Below are positions 7,797 to 17,747 of a stretch of 64,000 nt of DNA, piece after piece; the first letter of the stretch is position 1, and every line of letters begins with the position of its first letter. The DNA is taken from IMG/VR virus record IMGVR_UViG_3300022602_000059; one strand, given 5' to 3'. The DNA comes from an uncultured virus (IMG/VR IMGVR_UViG_3300022602_000059). Taxonomy: Duplodnaviria; Heunggongvirae; Uroviricota; Caudoviricetes. The notes under the pieces were generated by a model. That model saw nothing but the letters and a program-made list of their open reading frames with translations, was not told where the DNA came from and ran no database searches. The translations under genes and the position numbers were made by a program.

Positions 7797-9830
7797 TCAT
7801 ATATTATCCTTAATTAGTTTTACCTCGCACGCGTCTGTTGTGCAGTACGCCTCTCCTATAGCGTCAGAAGCGAGTCCTGCGTAAACTCCTGCCAAGTCTA
7901 TTGGGAAGAGAGTCATGGTATAGCTCTCGTACTCCTCGGCAGTAATCTGCGTGTAAGGCATTTGTGGGTAAGTACCGTTGTCCATAGGTAGAAACGAGAC
8001 AGTCTTTAGTTGTCCGTCGTACATATGGAGAGCCGTACCGATTGACTTAGCCTCTTTCTTAGGGTCAAAAGAGACCGTGACTGACACAGAGTTGTCAGAC
8101 CAATAGCGCTGAGCGGTTGCCGCCAATGCCATTTTCTCGTAGATAGAGACGTCCTTCTCTGAACGGAGAGAGTCCGACTTAACAGGGAAAAATACTACTG
8201 AGGTAGTTTCAGGAGATTCGCTGGCTGGCTCAATGCGGTACTGAGCCATTTGGAAGAGAGGCAACATAGGGTCGTTATTACTAAAACGAATAGCACGTAG
8301 GAAATACTGACCCCCTACCGTCCAATGCACGCCAGGACTCTCGCCTACGAGAATAGAGACCGTACCCGAAGGCTTGACGGTCGTAGTCTTAATAGACTCA
8401 CGAACACCTAGCCACTCTGAGTAGCCTTTGTCGTATGCCTGAACCGTGTTGTAGCCCTCGTTCATCCACTCACGAAGTTTGGGTAGGCCGTGGTTGTCAG
8501 CAAAGTTTGCAATACCCGAGATAGAAGTGCCGATTCTGCGGTTTCGTTGCATGATGGCATTTGTCTCTTCCCAATGGGTAGGGATAAGAGTAACTGTCTT
8601 GGCATAAAGATAAGCGAACTTCAGAGTACGCTTAAAATCTTCAAGTGAGTCGTGGCGGCTAAGGTATGTCTCCACCAACGTACAGCACTCGAACGATTCC
8701 AATGACTGCTCGGCGCATGGGTTGTAGCCCGCGGCACGCCAATCCTTGTTGTTCTCGGGGTCAGCTAGGCGACCGTACTTACGAGTCATATCCATCCAGA
8801 TAACACCTGGCTCACCGTTGAGGGCTATGCCGTCAATGATTCCAGAGAGGTCTTGCCCAACATTTACCTCGACTGAGTTGTTAGACATAAAGCCCCAGCC
8901 TGGATTCTTAGCTGAGTATGAGTTGCGCTCTGGGAATACCTTTGCGTTCTTTAAGTTTAGAAAGTCTTGGTCATCTAAGCGACCCATGAGGAGCTCGGCT
9001 GAACGGCGAACGTTGCCCGATACTACGCAGACACCTATTAGGTTTCCAATGTCAGCAATATCTACACGGGTCAGCTTCTCGCCAGCACGACCTGTGAACA
9101 TCTTACGAATATGGTTATGAAGTTTGAGCAAAGGCTCGTGTCCCGCAGCAGTTCCACCAAAAGTCTTAATGGGCTCGCCAGCAGGTCGGATGAGGGTGTA
9201 GTCAAAGAGAGGTAGTTTCTGGTCTGGACGCAAGTGGGAGTTGATAAGCAAAGCGGTTGAGTCTACCCAGCCCTCACGGGTGTCAGGGATAACGTAGGTC
9301 TCCTCGCCCTGTGGCTCGTAGATAGTAAAGTCCTTGTCAGCACCCTTGTCATCAAAGCCAACACCTACGCCGAGCATCGACGCCTCCATGAGGAAAGCAA
9401 AAGGCTTAGCAGGGTTGTTACGAGTCATCTCTAGGGTAGATACAAAAGAGCAGTTCTGCAAAGCGGCTGAGTTCTTCTGCTCATTGACGAGCGGTGTACC
9501 CATCATCCACAGGCCTCGGCCTGGCGGTGTCCACTTGAGATTCCACATACGGTCAAAAGCCTCTTTCGCAGAAGCCTGAGCCTTTGAGTCGTTCCACGGG
9601 AGGCGGTTGGTCTTGCAGTAATCCTTCTGTAGGGAATACATACCGTTGATGACGCGAGCGCAGACATCGCTCCACGTCTCCTTAGTTCCGTCATCCTTTA
9701 GGCGGCTATATGTTCGTAGAAAGGTAATCTCTCCTACCGAGTTGCCAGCGGCGTCTTGGTATCCCCACGGCACTTTCTTCTCGCGGTAAGCGTCTACGAA
9801 ATCATCGGCCAATCTAAAGGTCAATCCCAT
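7797..9830 (-). CDS. nrdJ: class II (adenosylcobalamin-dependent) monomeric ribonucleotide reductase
   Basis: PPGRGLW, NCSF, GNVRRSAE, NPCAE, VKPSGT, C-terminal CTTDAC. Confidence 0.92.
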   Translation of the reverse strand: MGLTFRLADDFVDAYREKKVPWGYQDAAGNSVGEITFLRTYSRLKDDGTKETWSDVCARVINGMYSLQKDYCKTNRLPWNDSKAQASAKEAFDRMWNLKWTPPGRGLWMMGTPLVNEQKNSAALQNCSFVSTLEMTRNNPAKPFAFLMEASMLGVGVGFDDKGADKDFTIYEPQGEETYVIPDTREGWVDSTALLINSHLRPDQKLPLFDYTLIRPAGEPIKTFGGTAAGHEPLLKLHNHIRKMFTGRAGEKLTRVDIADIGNLIGVCVVSGNVRRSAELLMGRLDDQDFLNLKNAKVFPERNSYSAKNPGWGFMSNNSVEVNVGQDLSGIIDGIALNGEPGVIWMDMTRKYGRLADPENNKDWRAAGYNPCAEQSLESFECCTLVETYLSRHDSLEDFKRTLKFAYLYAKTVTLIPTHWEETNAIMQRNRRIGTSISGIANFADNHGLPKLREWMNEGYNTVQAYDKGYSEWLGVRESIKTTTVKPSGTVSILVGESPGVHWTVGGQYFLRAIRFSNNDPMLPLFQMAQYRIEPASESPETTSVVFFPVKSDSLRSEKDVSIYEKMALAATAQRYWSDNSVSVTVSFDPKKEAKSIGTALHMYDGQLKTVSFLPMDNGTYPQMPYTQITAEEYESYTMTLFPIDLAGVYAGLASDAIGEAYCTTDACEVKLIKDNI

Positions 9831-9951
9831 TTGTCATTTCCTCGTCTATTAAAAGTGAATGGTTAGCATAGCTGAAACACACCTGCATAAGCAGTCTGAC
9901 TTACCCTAATTCCTAGTGCACTTACCCCCTTTGTATATGATATGAAGCTAG

Positions 9952-11427
9952 TTACTTATCCTCAATACTTTGCTGAATAATCCGCGTGGTTTCGGTCTCA
10001 TTGAGCCCACCATTTGGCAGTTCTCTGAGTGCTTGCGCCTTGTCTCCGAAGATGGCCGAAAGCACGCCAGCACCTGCTGACTTACCCTCAACAGTCATGC
10101 GAATAAACGAGGATGAGTCGTCAAGTTCTTTGGTTGTTTTGATTAACTTAAAGAGGCGGTCAATCTCCTGCGATACATTGGGGTCAGCGTATCCACCGTT
10201 CATTTCTTCGGTAAATCGCATAAAAGCAACCCTTTGACCCTGCATTTCGATAATAGCGTTGATGAGTGCCTTGAGTTGTTCTTTGGTCTTTACCTCGACT
10301 GGAAGGTTGAAAGCACACATATTGGCAGGCTTAAAAGCAGGGCAGTTAGCAGCTACAAAGCACGTATCGCAGGCCCGCAGTGAGGCTTGTTGTGTACGTA
10401 CAACAGGCACATCCTTAATTATTTCATTACCATATTCATCGGTCTCTACGACGGTCTTTAAGTCGTATCCGAACACAGGTAAATTGGTCATTTCATCTGG
10501 TTTTCGCGGTTCAAGTTTCCGCACTTGAGGGGGTCTTATATCAGCATTGGCGGGGGGTGTTGCCGCGTTTTCTACACCTTGAGTTTCATCGCTCATATAT
10601 GATATGTCCTCGCCATTTTCTATCTGGTTAAGCCGTGTCTCTAGTTGTTGGTATGACCAAACAGCCAGCTTGGAAACTTCCTTGTTGTCATCTTCCATAA
10701 TCAAATCGTAGTCAATCCCAGCCTTCTCATAGATAGCCTTGTATCGTGGGCGGGCTTGGTCTTTCATGCGCTTGGGGTAACGTACCAAAGAAGTTCCGTT
10801 CCACACAATCGTCTCGCCTCGCATCATCGGGCTGAGCCACGACATTGTGCTGGCGGTCTCAACAGCTACTCGTCGTAGGTTGTCTGGTCGGGCACATGAG
10901 ATAGCATGAAAGCGTGTACCGTGGGTGCGGTTGTAAGTACGGGTAGCCTGAGCAAGCTGGACGTGCTCCTCAATCGAATCCCCCGTGATACCAATATCTA
11001 GGTAGTTATCAACTAGGTCAGATAGCCCCTCAAAGCCCGTAGAAGGCCGCCAGACGGGTAGAAACTTGGATGGTGGTACTTGTGACCAAACGGTCTTCCG
11101 CTGGTTCTCAATGAAGTCTGAGGTCAGGGCAGGGTGGTCGAACTCACTAAATAGGCTGATACGAGTTATGTTGGCAAGCACGAACTCCTCGTAGTCCGCG
11201 GCAAACTCCTCAAGCTCGCGCCCTGTTAATTGGATGTTCTTAGGCAGGCCAGGATGCACAAATATACGCGTCTCGGTATTAAAGTAATTGTCCAGCAGAT
11301 AGGACTTGTTCTTAGGCAGTCCACGCTTGGTAAGGCGGTAGTAACTGACACCCATGTAGGTACAGCCCGCCGACTCTAAGATAACCCTGTTACTAGGAAC
11401 TTCTGCACCCAGCATAATCAGGTTCAT
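9952..11427 (-). CDS. TGT/DpdA-like TIM-barrel protein (degenerate active site) fused to a Cys4 motif and helical C-terminal domain
   Basis: motif order GVSYY / IFVHPG / EFD / LPVW / IGITG / RFHAIS / STMSW resembles phage TGT-like barrels; CDTC-x5-C-x8-C. Confidence 0.55.
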   Translation of the reverse strand: MNLIMLGAEVPSNRVILESAGCTYMGVSYYRLTKRGLPKNKSYLLDNYFNTETRIFVHPGLPKNIQLTGRELEEFAADYEEFVLANITRISLFSEFDHPALTSDFIENQRKTVWSQVPPSKFLPVWRPSTGFEGLSDLVDNYLDIGITGDSIEEHVQLAQATRTYNRTHGTRFHAISCARPDNLRRVAVETASTMSWLSPMMRGETIVWNGTSLVRYPKRMKDQARPRYKAIYEKAGIDYDLIMEDDNKEVSKLAVWSYQQLETRLNQIENGEDISYMSDETQGVENAATPPANADIRPPQVRKLEPRKPDEMTNLPVFGYDLKTVVETDEYGNEIIKDVPVVRTQQASLRACDTCFVAANCPAFKPANMCAFNLPVEVKTKEQLKALINAIIEMQGQRVAFMRFTEEMNGGYADPNVSQEIDRLFKLIKTTKELDDSSSFIRMTVEGKSAGAGVLSAIFGDKAQALRELPNGGLNETETTRIIQQSIEDK

Positions 11428-11882
11428 AGACGACCGTCCTTAGCCAGCATTTCCTGTTGGCGGTCGAGCTCTGAGGTGATGTCGTCCCATGACTTGCGAC
11501 CTTCACGGCCATCAGGTCTGAACTTGTAATCTAAATAAGTGGGGTGGCAGAAGGCCATAGATGTAACGCCAACCTCTAGCAGACTCTTAACGATGTCCAG
11601 CTCGGCGGTAATAACTAAATCAACGGGGCCTTGTGACCTAATGTACTGAATCATTCTGACCCAAACATTTTCGCCAGGCGGGACAATCTTCCAGTCAAGG
11701 ATGTCGTCAAACTTATGTAGCTTTTGCTGACGTAGCCAAAGGTCAGCCTTCTCTTTATCCTCGGCAAGTAGCAGGACTTTATTAGTCTGATTAAGGTGGT
11801 TGTAAAGGTGCAGGCCATCACGGATGGGCGCATTGTTCTTGTCGTTACGAATAACGCCGTCGACAAACATAACTATTGCCAT
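11424..11882 (-). CDS. HAD-fold-like protein lacking the nucleophilic Asp
   Basis: N-terminal IVMFVDGVI where DxDGV is expected; WL...FDDI pattern. Confidence 0.55.
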   Translation of the reverse strand: MAIVMFVDGVIRNDKNNAPIRDGLHLYNHLNQTNKVLLLAEDKEKADLWLRQQKLHKFDDILDWKIVPPGENVWVRMIQYIRSQGPVDLVITAELDIVKSLLEVGVTSMAFCHPTYLDYKFRPDGREGRKSWDDITSELDRQQEMLAKDGRL

Positions 11883-11905
11883 TTAGTGCTCCGTGTATGT
11901 AGGTG

Positions 11906-12835
11906 TTAGTTGCGTGTAGCAGCGCGTCGAATTAGCAGACTAGCATCAGGCAACTCTACACCATATGTCTGTGCTGCGAACTCTTGCTTAGACTGCTTAG
12001 AAATTTCTTTTAATCGCTTTAGTGCGGGGACAATACCAGATGACTTACCAGCCTGCCAGCGGTAGTTAGCGTAATCTAAATAGCCTTGTCCAACAGGGCT
12101 AAAGGCATACTTGCGACCCTCATGGATGTCGTCAAACAACGCCGCACCCTGCATAACTGCAAGATGTAATGCGGCCTCTGCGTTGATGCGAGCCGCGGCG
12201 CTTTGAGATGCGGTAACTGCGTTCAGCGCTTTTTGATAGCGGGACAAGATGCCTGATGCAAGAACTAAATCACGTTGTGACTTGCTCTCCCAATCAGCGG
12301 GGCGGAACGGTGATGTAATAACAGGTTGTACTGTCCATGAATCAGATGTCAGGTTGTATGCTGAGTACGGACGAATCTCTACGATATTGCTACGAACATT
12401 GACGTAGAACGTTAGCTCGTATGTATTCATGAAGTGTGCGGTTGATGGGTTTAGCTCTTCGCCAAATCCCTCGTTAAACATTGACGCAATCTCTTGGTCG
12501 CTAAGGCCCGTGAATCGGTTGTTAGCTTGGCGGAACTTGATGTAGTCAATACCAACTAGGCAGTCAAGGTCTGCGGGTTCGCGCTCTGCCGCCCATTGGT
12601 AGGAAACTCCTGAACCAGCTAACCAAACATTGCACCATGACTCAGGGTCTGAATAGGTGGGACTCAAATAGTTGAACAACGCCGCAAGTATGGAACTGCG
12701 AACGTGAGGTATAACTTTATTGTTTTTGATAAGGCGTGGGTCAAGGATGCCGTTAGGCTCGCTAAAGTATGAGGTTGACCCAGGCTGAATCTCTACAGGT
12801 TCGGCTTTGCTCGCGAGTACCTCGTAGAAGTTCAT
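11906..12835 (-). CDS. Pol-beta superfamily nucleotidyltransferase
   Basis: LAGSGVSYQW...ADLDCLV (GS + DxD), later ELTFYV. Confidence 0.75.
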   Translation of the reverse strand: MNFYEVLASKAEPVEIQPGSTSYFSEPNGILDPRLIKNNKVIPHVRSSILAALFNYLSPTYSDPESWCNVWLAGSGVSYQWAAEREPADLDCLVGIDYIKFRQANNRFTGLSDQEIASMFNEGFGEELNPSTAHFMNTYELTFYVNVRSNIVEIRPYSAYNLTSDSWTVQPVITSPFRPADWESKSQRDLVLASGILSRYQKALNAVTASQSAAARINAEAALHLAVMQGAALFDDIHEGRKYAFSPVGQGYLDYANYRWQAGKSSGIVPALKRLKEISKQSKQEFAAQTYGVELPDASLLIRRAATRN

Positions 12836-12847
12836 CTAGTTAGTATA
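12836..12847 (-). promoter_or_regulatory. -10 box TATACT, leaderless start
   Basis: TATACT-6 nt-ATG(12835), no SD. Confidence 0.7.
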
Positions 12848-12852
12848 GTGGA

Positions 12853-13086
12853 TTACTCGTCTTCCTCGTCGAGGTAGTCCTCTATATCTTTATTGTTTAA
12901 TGTACCAAACGGAACCCACTCAGGGAATGAATCCTTGTCAAGCATAATGCTCAGTGCGATTTCGTGCTTGAATCCAGCCTTCAATAAGGCTGTGTAAAAC
13001 TCATTAAGCCAAATACAGTATGCCTCTAGCTTATTGTACGAGTTGTGTTCGGTGTCTTGAACCTTCTTCTTACGTGGCGTTGCCAT
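12853..13086 (-). CDS. hypothetical protein
   Basis: ORF with AGGGGA SD. Confidence 0.75.
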   Translation of the reverse strand: MATPRKKKVQDTEHNSYNKLEAYCIWLNEFYTALLKAGFKHEIALSIMLDKDSFPEWVPFGTLNNKDIEDYLDEEDE

Positions 13087-13100
13087 GGCATCCCCTGTCG

Positions 13101-13379
13101 TTACAATAGGCCTTTTTCCTGCAACGATTGTCTCATAGCTTGGCTGACTTTCTCGCCCTCACTCGTACCCATTTCTGACATTGTTGTACTGACAACGCTG
13201 CGGAGGGCTTGTAACTGGATGGTTTCCATGATTTCGGCACAGCCGTGTTTGATGTCATAGATGTTGGGCTTGCGGCTAACGGCAGGAATGTCCGATAAGT
13301 CCGTTGTGGCCGAGTATGAACCATCCTCGTGGCGGATGATAAGGAACGCTGTATCCACGGTATCGCCTTTGTCTGTCAT
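13101..13379 (-). CDS. hypothetical protein
   Basis: ATGA overlap. Confidence 0.7.
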   Translation of the reverse strand: MTDKGDTVDTAFLIIRHEDGSYSATTDLSDIPAVSRKPNIYDIKHGCAEIMETIQLQALRSVVSTTMSEMGTSEGEKVSQAMRQSLQEKGLL

Positions 13380-13909
13380 TCGTATAGGCCTTTCTTGCTA
13401 AATGCCCGCTGTTGAACCATCATCTTGTAAGGGCAGAAGTCGCATAAGTAGACCTTGGGGCCGCGGTGCTCGCCCAAACCTTCCTTTTTGCGGTCAGCTG
13501 AGGTGCCAGGCTTGAGCTCTTTGGCGTCTACCTTGTAATCTCCACAGCTAGTTGTTGGGCGCATATGAAGGTTGTAGCACTTCATGGCGTCTTCGTGGAA
13601 GTTGGATTTAGTGTCGTAGAAGTTGGTGCCGAACACGTCAAGTCCTGAGGAACCCTCGCTAATTTGCTTGAGGACCTCTTGTTTTACGTCTGGGCGTGCC
13701 CAGTATTTGAGGGGAAACTTCATAAGTAGCCCGAGATGAGGCTCAGGCTTTTGATGCTTCTCTACGGCTACCTGTAAAACGGTATCGTATTCAGCTGGGC
13801 CCTCGAAGTCGGGCAGCTCGTCGATAGACTTGCAGGTACGGCAAACAAGCAGACGAATCTGCTGCTCGTTACGCTCTTTTTCGGCAAGGGCCTTGAGGTC
13901 TACCGCCAA
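13376..13909 (-). CDS. Cys-rich hypothetical protein
   Basis: CRTC, CDFC; TTG start after AGGAG; upstream extended -10 TGTTATACT. Confidence 0.75.
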   Translation of the reverse strand: MAVDLKALAEKERNEQQIRLLVCRTCKSIDELPDFEGPAEYDTVLQVAVEKHQKPEPHLGLLMKFPLKYWARPDVKQEVLKQISEGSSGLDVFGTNFYDTKSNFHEDAMKCYNLHMRPTTSCGDYKVDAKELKPGTSADRKKEGLGEHRGPKVYLCDFCPYKMMVQQRAFSKKGLYE

Positions 13910-13957
13910 TTTATGCTCCTAATAATAGTCTAGTTAATGCAAATAGTATAACAGGTT

Positions 13958-14926
13958 TTAGAACTCGGCTGAACTCCATGGGACGCTGTTGCCAGATGGC
14001 ATACGAGTATCCTTGTTGGTTGCAGCTACTGAGCCGCGACCATTGACATTGGAATCTGCTGCAGATGGGCGGATGCCATGAGCTGCAAAGGATGAGGCTG
14101 TGTGATGTGCACAATCTCCCTCGCACTTTAGGCTTTCAGAATCTGCTGGTACGGTGCGCTTGCAGTCTGGGCCAACGCAGGGGACCTGCAAACCTTTGAG
14201 ATGTGCAACAGGAACTCCAGCAAGTGAATCGTGAATCTTAGTCTTTAGACCATTGGCAGTTGCTAGTGCGCGAGGATGTGGGTCAGTCATGTGACCTGTC
14301 CACTTTTGAGTGTCGCGGTAAGCGGCTGTAATAATCTTGTTAGTATGGAAACGTACCTTTGGGTCTTCAGCGGCCTCTGTTACTGAGCGTTGTGCCTCTG
14401 CGGCACGGCCTGAACGAGCTGAGCGGCCACCACGTAAACCCGAGGTTTTTCCAGCAGAATCAGCTTTAACCATATTAGGTTGTTCGGTAGCAAGTTCTGG
14501 GAAGTTTTGACGGTCTTGACGCAAGCTAGCGCTCTTGAACATTGGGTTGTTGCGACCACCCTTGAGTACAGTGGCCTCTTCAATTTCATTGCCAGCTTGG
14601 ACTCCGCGGCGTGCTGCCTCTGGGTCTGGTGACTCTGCAATCATGCGCTCAACTCGTGAGTTGGTGTCCTTCTTAATAGCTTTACCAAGTGATGAAACGC
14701 CTTTTGCTTTAGCAGTTGTCTTAGCAAATGGTGTCTGCTTAATATTGCCAGCTGGAATAACAGGCTTGTTAGCAGATTCTTTTCCACTAACAGTGGTCGC
14801 GCTTTCGCGCTGTGACTTAGCTTCTGCCTTACGATTAGCTAGTTCTTCTGCTTTCTTGCCAAAGGTAAATGTAGGTGAAGCTGGCTTCTCTGTCTTCTTA
14901 GGCGCTACGGCCTTCTTTGCTGCCAT
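13958..14926 (-). CDS. Lys/Ala-rich protein with C-terminal Cys cluster
   Basis: ORF with GGAGG SD; MAAKKAVAPKK start; CVGPDC...CEGDC. Confidence 0.7.
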   Translation of the reverse strand: MAAKKAVAPKKTEKPASPTFTFGKKAEELANRKAEAKSQRESATTVSGKESANKPVIPAGNIKQTPFAKTTAKAKGVSSLGKAIKKDTNSRVERMIAESPDPEAARRGVQAGNEIEEATVLKGGRNNPMFKSASLRQDRQNFPELATEQPNMVKADSAGKTSGLRGGRSARSGRAAEAQRSVTEAAEDPKVRFHTNKIITAAYRDTQKWTGHMTDPHPRALATANGLKTKIHDSLAGVPVAHLKGLQVPCVGPDCKRTVPADSESLKCEGDCAHHTASSFAAHGIRPSAADSNVNGRGSVAATNKDTRMPSGNSVPWSSAEF

Positions 14927-15138
14927 TAGTATGCCTCCTTGTCGTACACGTCTGATACAACGTGCGGCTGGCCAGTGTATGCAACGCGGGACTCTCCGAC
15001 CTTGCCGATTACGTTGCCGAATCTAGGGTCTGATGAAACGTGCTCCCAGCCAGTAGCTTTTCCTAGCGCCGCCATCTTGTCTTGATGTGCTGCAATAGTG
15101 CGCTTGGGGTCATTGGCGCGGTCTTTAATTGGCTTCAT
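14926..15138 (-). CDS. hypothetical protein
   Basis: TAATG coupling. Confidence 0.65.
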   Translation of the reverse strand: MKPIKDRANDPKRTIAAHQDKMAALGKATGWEHVSSDPRFGNVIGKVGESRVAYTGQPHVVSDVYDKEAY

Positions 15139-15139
15139 A

Positions 15140-15349
15140 TTAGTTACCTGCTGGGTTTACTTTGTTAGGTTCTTCGCTGTTGACGAAACCATAATTCCAA
15201 TATGGATGTAGGCCAGCACGGTTCTTGACCACGTCTTGGTCACCCATGCCTGGGGCTACTGTTGTATTAGGACGGCGCTTGCGATATTTACCGTCTGTCG
15301 CGCCTTCTTCAAGCGAAACGTTCTCCGACATAGCTTTACGAACGGTCAT
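15140..15349 (-). CDS. hypothetical protein
   Basis: start moved to ATG 15349 (ATGA overlap). Confidence 0.65.
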   Translation of the reverse strand: MTVRKAMSENVSLEEGATDGKYRKRRPNTTVAPGMGDQDVVKNRAGLHPYWNYGFVNSEEPNKVNPAGN

Positions 15350-15570
15350 GCCATCCGTCCTTTCATATGTTTTACCGCCTTGCGCTTGGTGCAAGATGGA
15401 CAAAGTTCTGAGTACAACGCATCCTGTGGATGAAGCTGGTAACCACAGTTCTTACAATTCTTTGAGCCGTTGTACATTGTGTTCTTTAACGACTGCTGTG
15501 TGGCGTAGTCAACGTCTTCGCTGCCATACATGCCGTCACCTGTTGAGTCAGTCATTAATCCTGATGCCAT
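15346..15570 (-). CDS. zinc-ribbon hypothetical protein
   Basis: CKNCG...CPSC. Confidence 0.7.
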   Translation of the reverse strand: MASGLMTDSTGDGMYGSEDVDYATQQSLKNTMYNGSKNCKNCGYQLHPQDALYSELCPSCTKRKAVKHMKGRMA

Positions 15571-15929
15571 TAAATGCTCACTCCTAAGTCGTTACGGCTG
15601 GATGACTCCGTCGCATTAGGCGTCTGGCTGTAATCAGATTCGACACGCTGTTGCGCTGGAGCTCTTCCAGGTAACTCAATTATGTCCTTAATGCCGATTT
15701 CTGTAGTGGTATACCCGTATTTCGGTGGGAATAACTCCACTTGAGGCAATGGGGGACGTACAAAATTCTGCAAATCGGCGCCCTGCATGGTCTGTGATGC
15801 CAATGCTTGGGTAAGTAGGCGCTCTTGATTGCTAGGAAATGGTCCTAGATATTGCTGGGGTGGATAAGCTGCCTCTGGTGGAGCTACCCAAGGCTTGCGT
15901 GAATAAACGCCATCGGCCATGTTTGGCAT
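15570..15929 (-). CDS. Pro/Gln-rich hypothetical protein
   Basis: ORF, coupled to neighbours. Confidence 0.7.
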   Translation of the reverse strand: MPNMADGVYSRKPWVAPPEAAYPPQQYLGPFPSNQERLLTQALASQTMQGADLQNFVRPPLPQVELFPPKYGYTTTEIGIKDIIELPGRAPAQQRVESDYSQTPNATESSSRNDLGVSI

Positions 15930-15930
15930 G

Positions 15931-16464
15931 TTAGCTCCACTGCGGACGTAGGCGTGAGAACTGGTCTACACGGCGTGGATTAATCTCACCTGGTGAAGTG
16001 CTACGCAGGTTTGCTTTACCATCGTTAGGCAAATGTGGAGCAGGGGTGAGGCGGATGTTCTCTGAATTCTTACGAGAACGAATAACGTTTCCGTCGCGTA
16101 CGCCTCTCATCTGGCGCTTGATGCCACGGTCAGGTTTTAACTCTGAAGGATAATAATAATCGCCTGGGTCTACGCGCTCACCTTTGTGCACACCGCGTTG
16201 ATATGAACGCTGCGCTGTGCGTGTCTTGAGACTATCCAGCATCTTGTCTGATGTGCTTGCTGGACGACCACGGTCATCACGACGTGAACGAATCGTGCCT
16301 AAGTAACCGTCTGGATATTGGGCAGAAGGTTCCTGCCCAACTCCAATGCGTAGCCAATCTAATTCGCTTCGTGCAACAGGTTGACCACCACCGCCGTAAA
16401 CGGTGTTGGTTCCATACATACCACCTGCACCCAGGTTTTGTATGTTTTGATGTGACGAAGGCAT
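15931..16464 (-). CDS. Arg/Gly-rich hypothetical protein
   Basis: ORF; TATCAT-N6-ATG leaderless start. Confidence 0.75.
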   Translation of the reverse strand: MPSSHQNIQNLGAGGMYGTNTVYGGGGQPVARSELDWLRIGVGQEPSAQYPDGYLGTIRSRRDDRGRPASTSDKMLDSLKTRTAQRSYQRGVHKGERVDPGDYYYPSELKPDRGIKRQMRGVRDGNVIRSRKNSENIRLTPAPHLPNDGKANLRSTSPGEINPRRVDQFSRLRPQWS

Positions 16465-16488
16465 AACCCCATGATACGGGGCTTGTTA

Positions 16489-17496
16489 CTACTTCGAAGC
16501 TCTAAACTCAATTCCCTCGAAGAATGCCCAACCATCTAAGATATGGATAGGCTTAATATCAAATCGGCCGTCTTCTGTATAGAAGCAGACGCCCAATCCT
16601 TGCTGCCAGTTCTCCCAGTAACGAACAGCCTTCTCGTTAGGGGTTGTTCCGCCCTTGACTGAAGGTACTGCGCCATCTACACGGCACAGGCAACCAGGGC
16701 TAAACGCAACGCTTCGCTTCGGCTCGTCTGGGTGATGGCTTGTGTGATAGGCAATTTCCATACGATGCGTGTGCCCGAAGACTGTACTAATAGTATGGTT
16801 TTTATTGAGGTGCTGACTTGCTGTTGAGCCGTTGCTCTTGGCAATGTCACCGTGCTTGGCAATCAAGTCGCCAACAATGCGGTGCTCTCCAGCTGGATAT
16901 CCGCTTGCGTAATTAACCTTGAGCTCGTCCATACGCAATAGGTGTGGAAGGCTGTTAACTGGCCAGCGGTCAATGTCCCCAGCCCGCTTTAACATCGCGG
17001 CTTGTGGGGCGTTGTTGAGCAGATACTTGTATAGGCGGCAATCGTGGTTACCCTCAAGAAATACTATTTCAGCATTTGGGGCAACTGCGCGCTGCTCTGC
17101 AAGGAACAGATATCCAGCTTGCAACGATGCTTGAAACGCGTTCTGAAACGCGGTCTCTTGCAAGTGCTTGCTGACTGACGGCATATCAATCGTGTCGCCT
17201 AGGTTTACAATTTGGTCAATGCCGTAGGTTCCTTGAACATACTGCATAATCTGGCTGTATACATCTAGTGCACGCTCATCATGGAACGGGTCAGCTACAC
17301 CGTTCTCATCAATTCTAAAACCAAATTGGGTATCGGGAACAAGCAGGGCAACCTTCATATCGGTTGTCTTCTTGGTGTTCTTAGGGGCCTTGACCTCAAC
17401 CTTGCTCGGTACTACTTGGCTGAAATCAATGGGGCGCTCTACATCTGAGGTTAGCAGATGCAGGAACTCGGCCCGCATGTCGGACGTTAATGTCAT
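16489..17496 (-). CDS. calcineurin-like metallophosphoesterase
   Basis: PDTQ, NLGDTID, GNHD, HGD, GHTH motifs. Confidence 0.88.
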   Translation of the reverse strand: MTLTSDMRAEFLHLLTSDVERPIDFSQVVPSKVEVKAPKNTKKTTDMKVALLVPDTQFGFRIDENGVADPFHDERALDVYSQIMQYVQGTYGIDQIVNLGDTIDMPSVSKHLQETAFQNAFQASLQAGYLFLAEQRAVAPNAEIVFLEGNHDCRLYKYLLNNAPQAAMLKRAGDIDRWPVNSLPHLLRMDELKVNYASGYPAGEHRIVGDLIAKHGDIAKSNGSTASQHLNKNHTISTVFGHTHRMEIAYHTSHHPDEPKRSVAFSPGCLCRVDGAVPSVKGGTTPNEKAVRYWENWQQGLGVCFYTEDGRFDIKPIHILDGWAFFEGIEFRASK

Positions 17497-17747
17497 TTAG
17501 ATTCCTTATTCTTGTAGCATGAGCAGGCTTTGACGAGGTGGTTACGCAATGAGCTAACGCTAAAGTCAACACCGTAAGTTGCTTGTAGCTTTTCTAGTAG
17601 CATGTGGCGTTGGATTTTGGCTGAGAAGACTTCCTTTTCAAAGAATTCTCGCTCATCCTTAGCAATTGTCTCTAACCATCGAGACACGGGGCAGTTCTTG
17701 GTTTTGTTTATCAGGTTGGTGAACTCAGACTTTAGTGAAGCATCCAT
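17493..17747 (-). CDS. small Zn-binding/HTH-like protein
   Basis: C...SLRNH...CSC; GAAGGA SD. Confidence 0.65.
   Translation of the reverse strand: MDASLKSEFTNLINKTKNCPVSRWLETIAKDEREFFEKEVFSAKIQRHMLLEKLQATYGVDFSVSSLRNHLVKACSCYKNKESK

Noticed and set aside
9952..11427. Active DpdA 7-deazaguanine DNA modification enzyme
   Set aside because: Expected catalytic Asp motifs appear substituted and no preQ0 synthesis genes are in the window; kept only as a degenerate fold call
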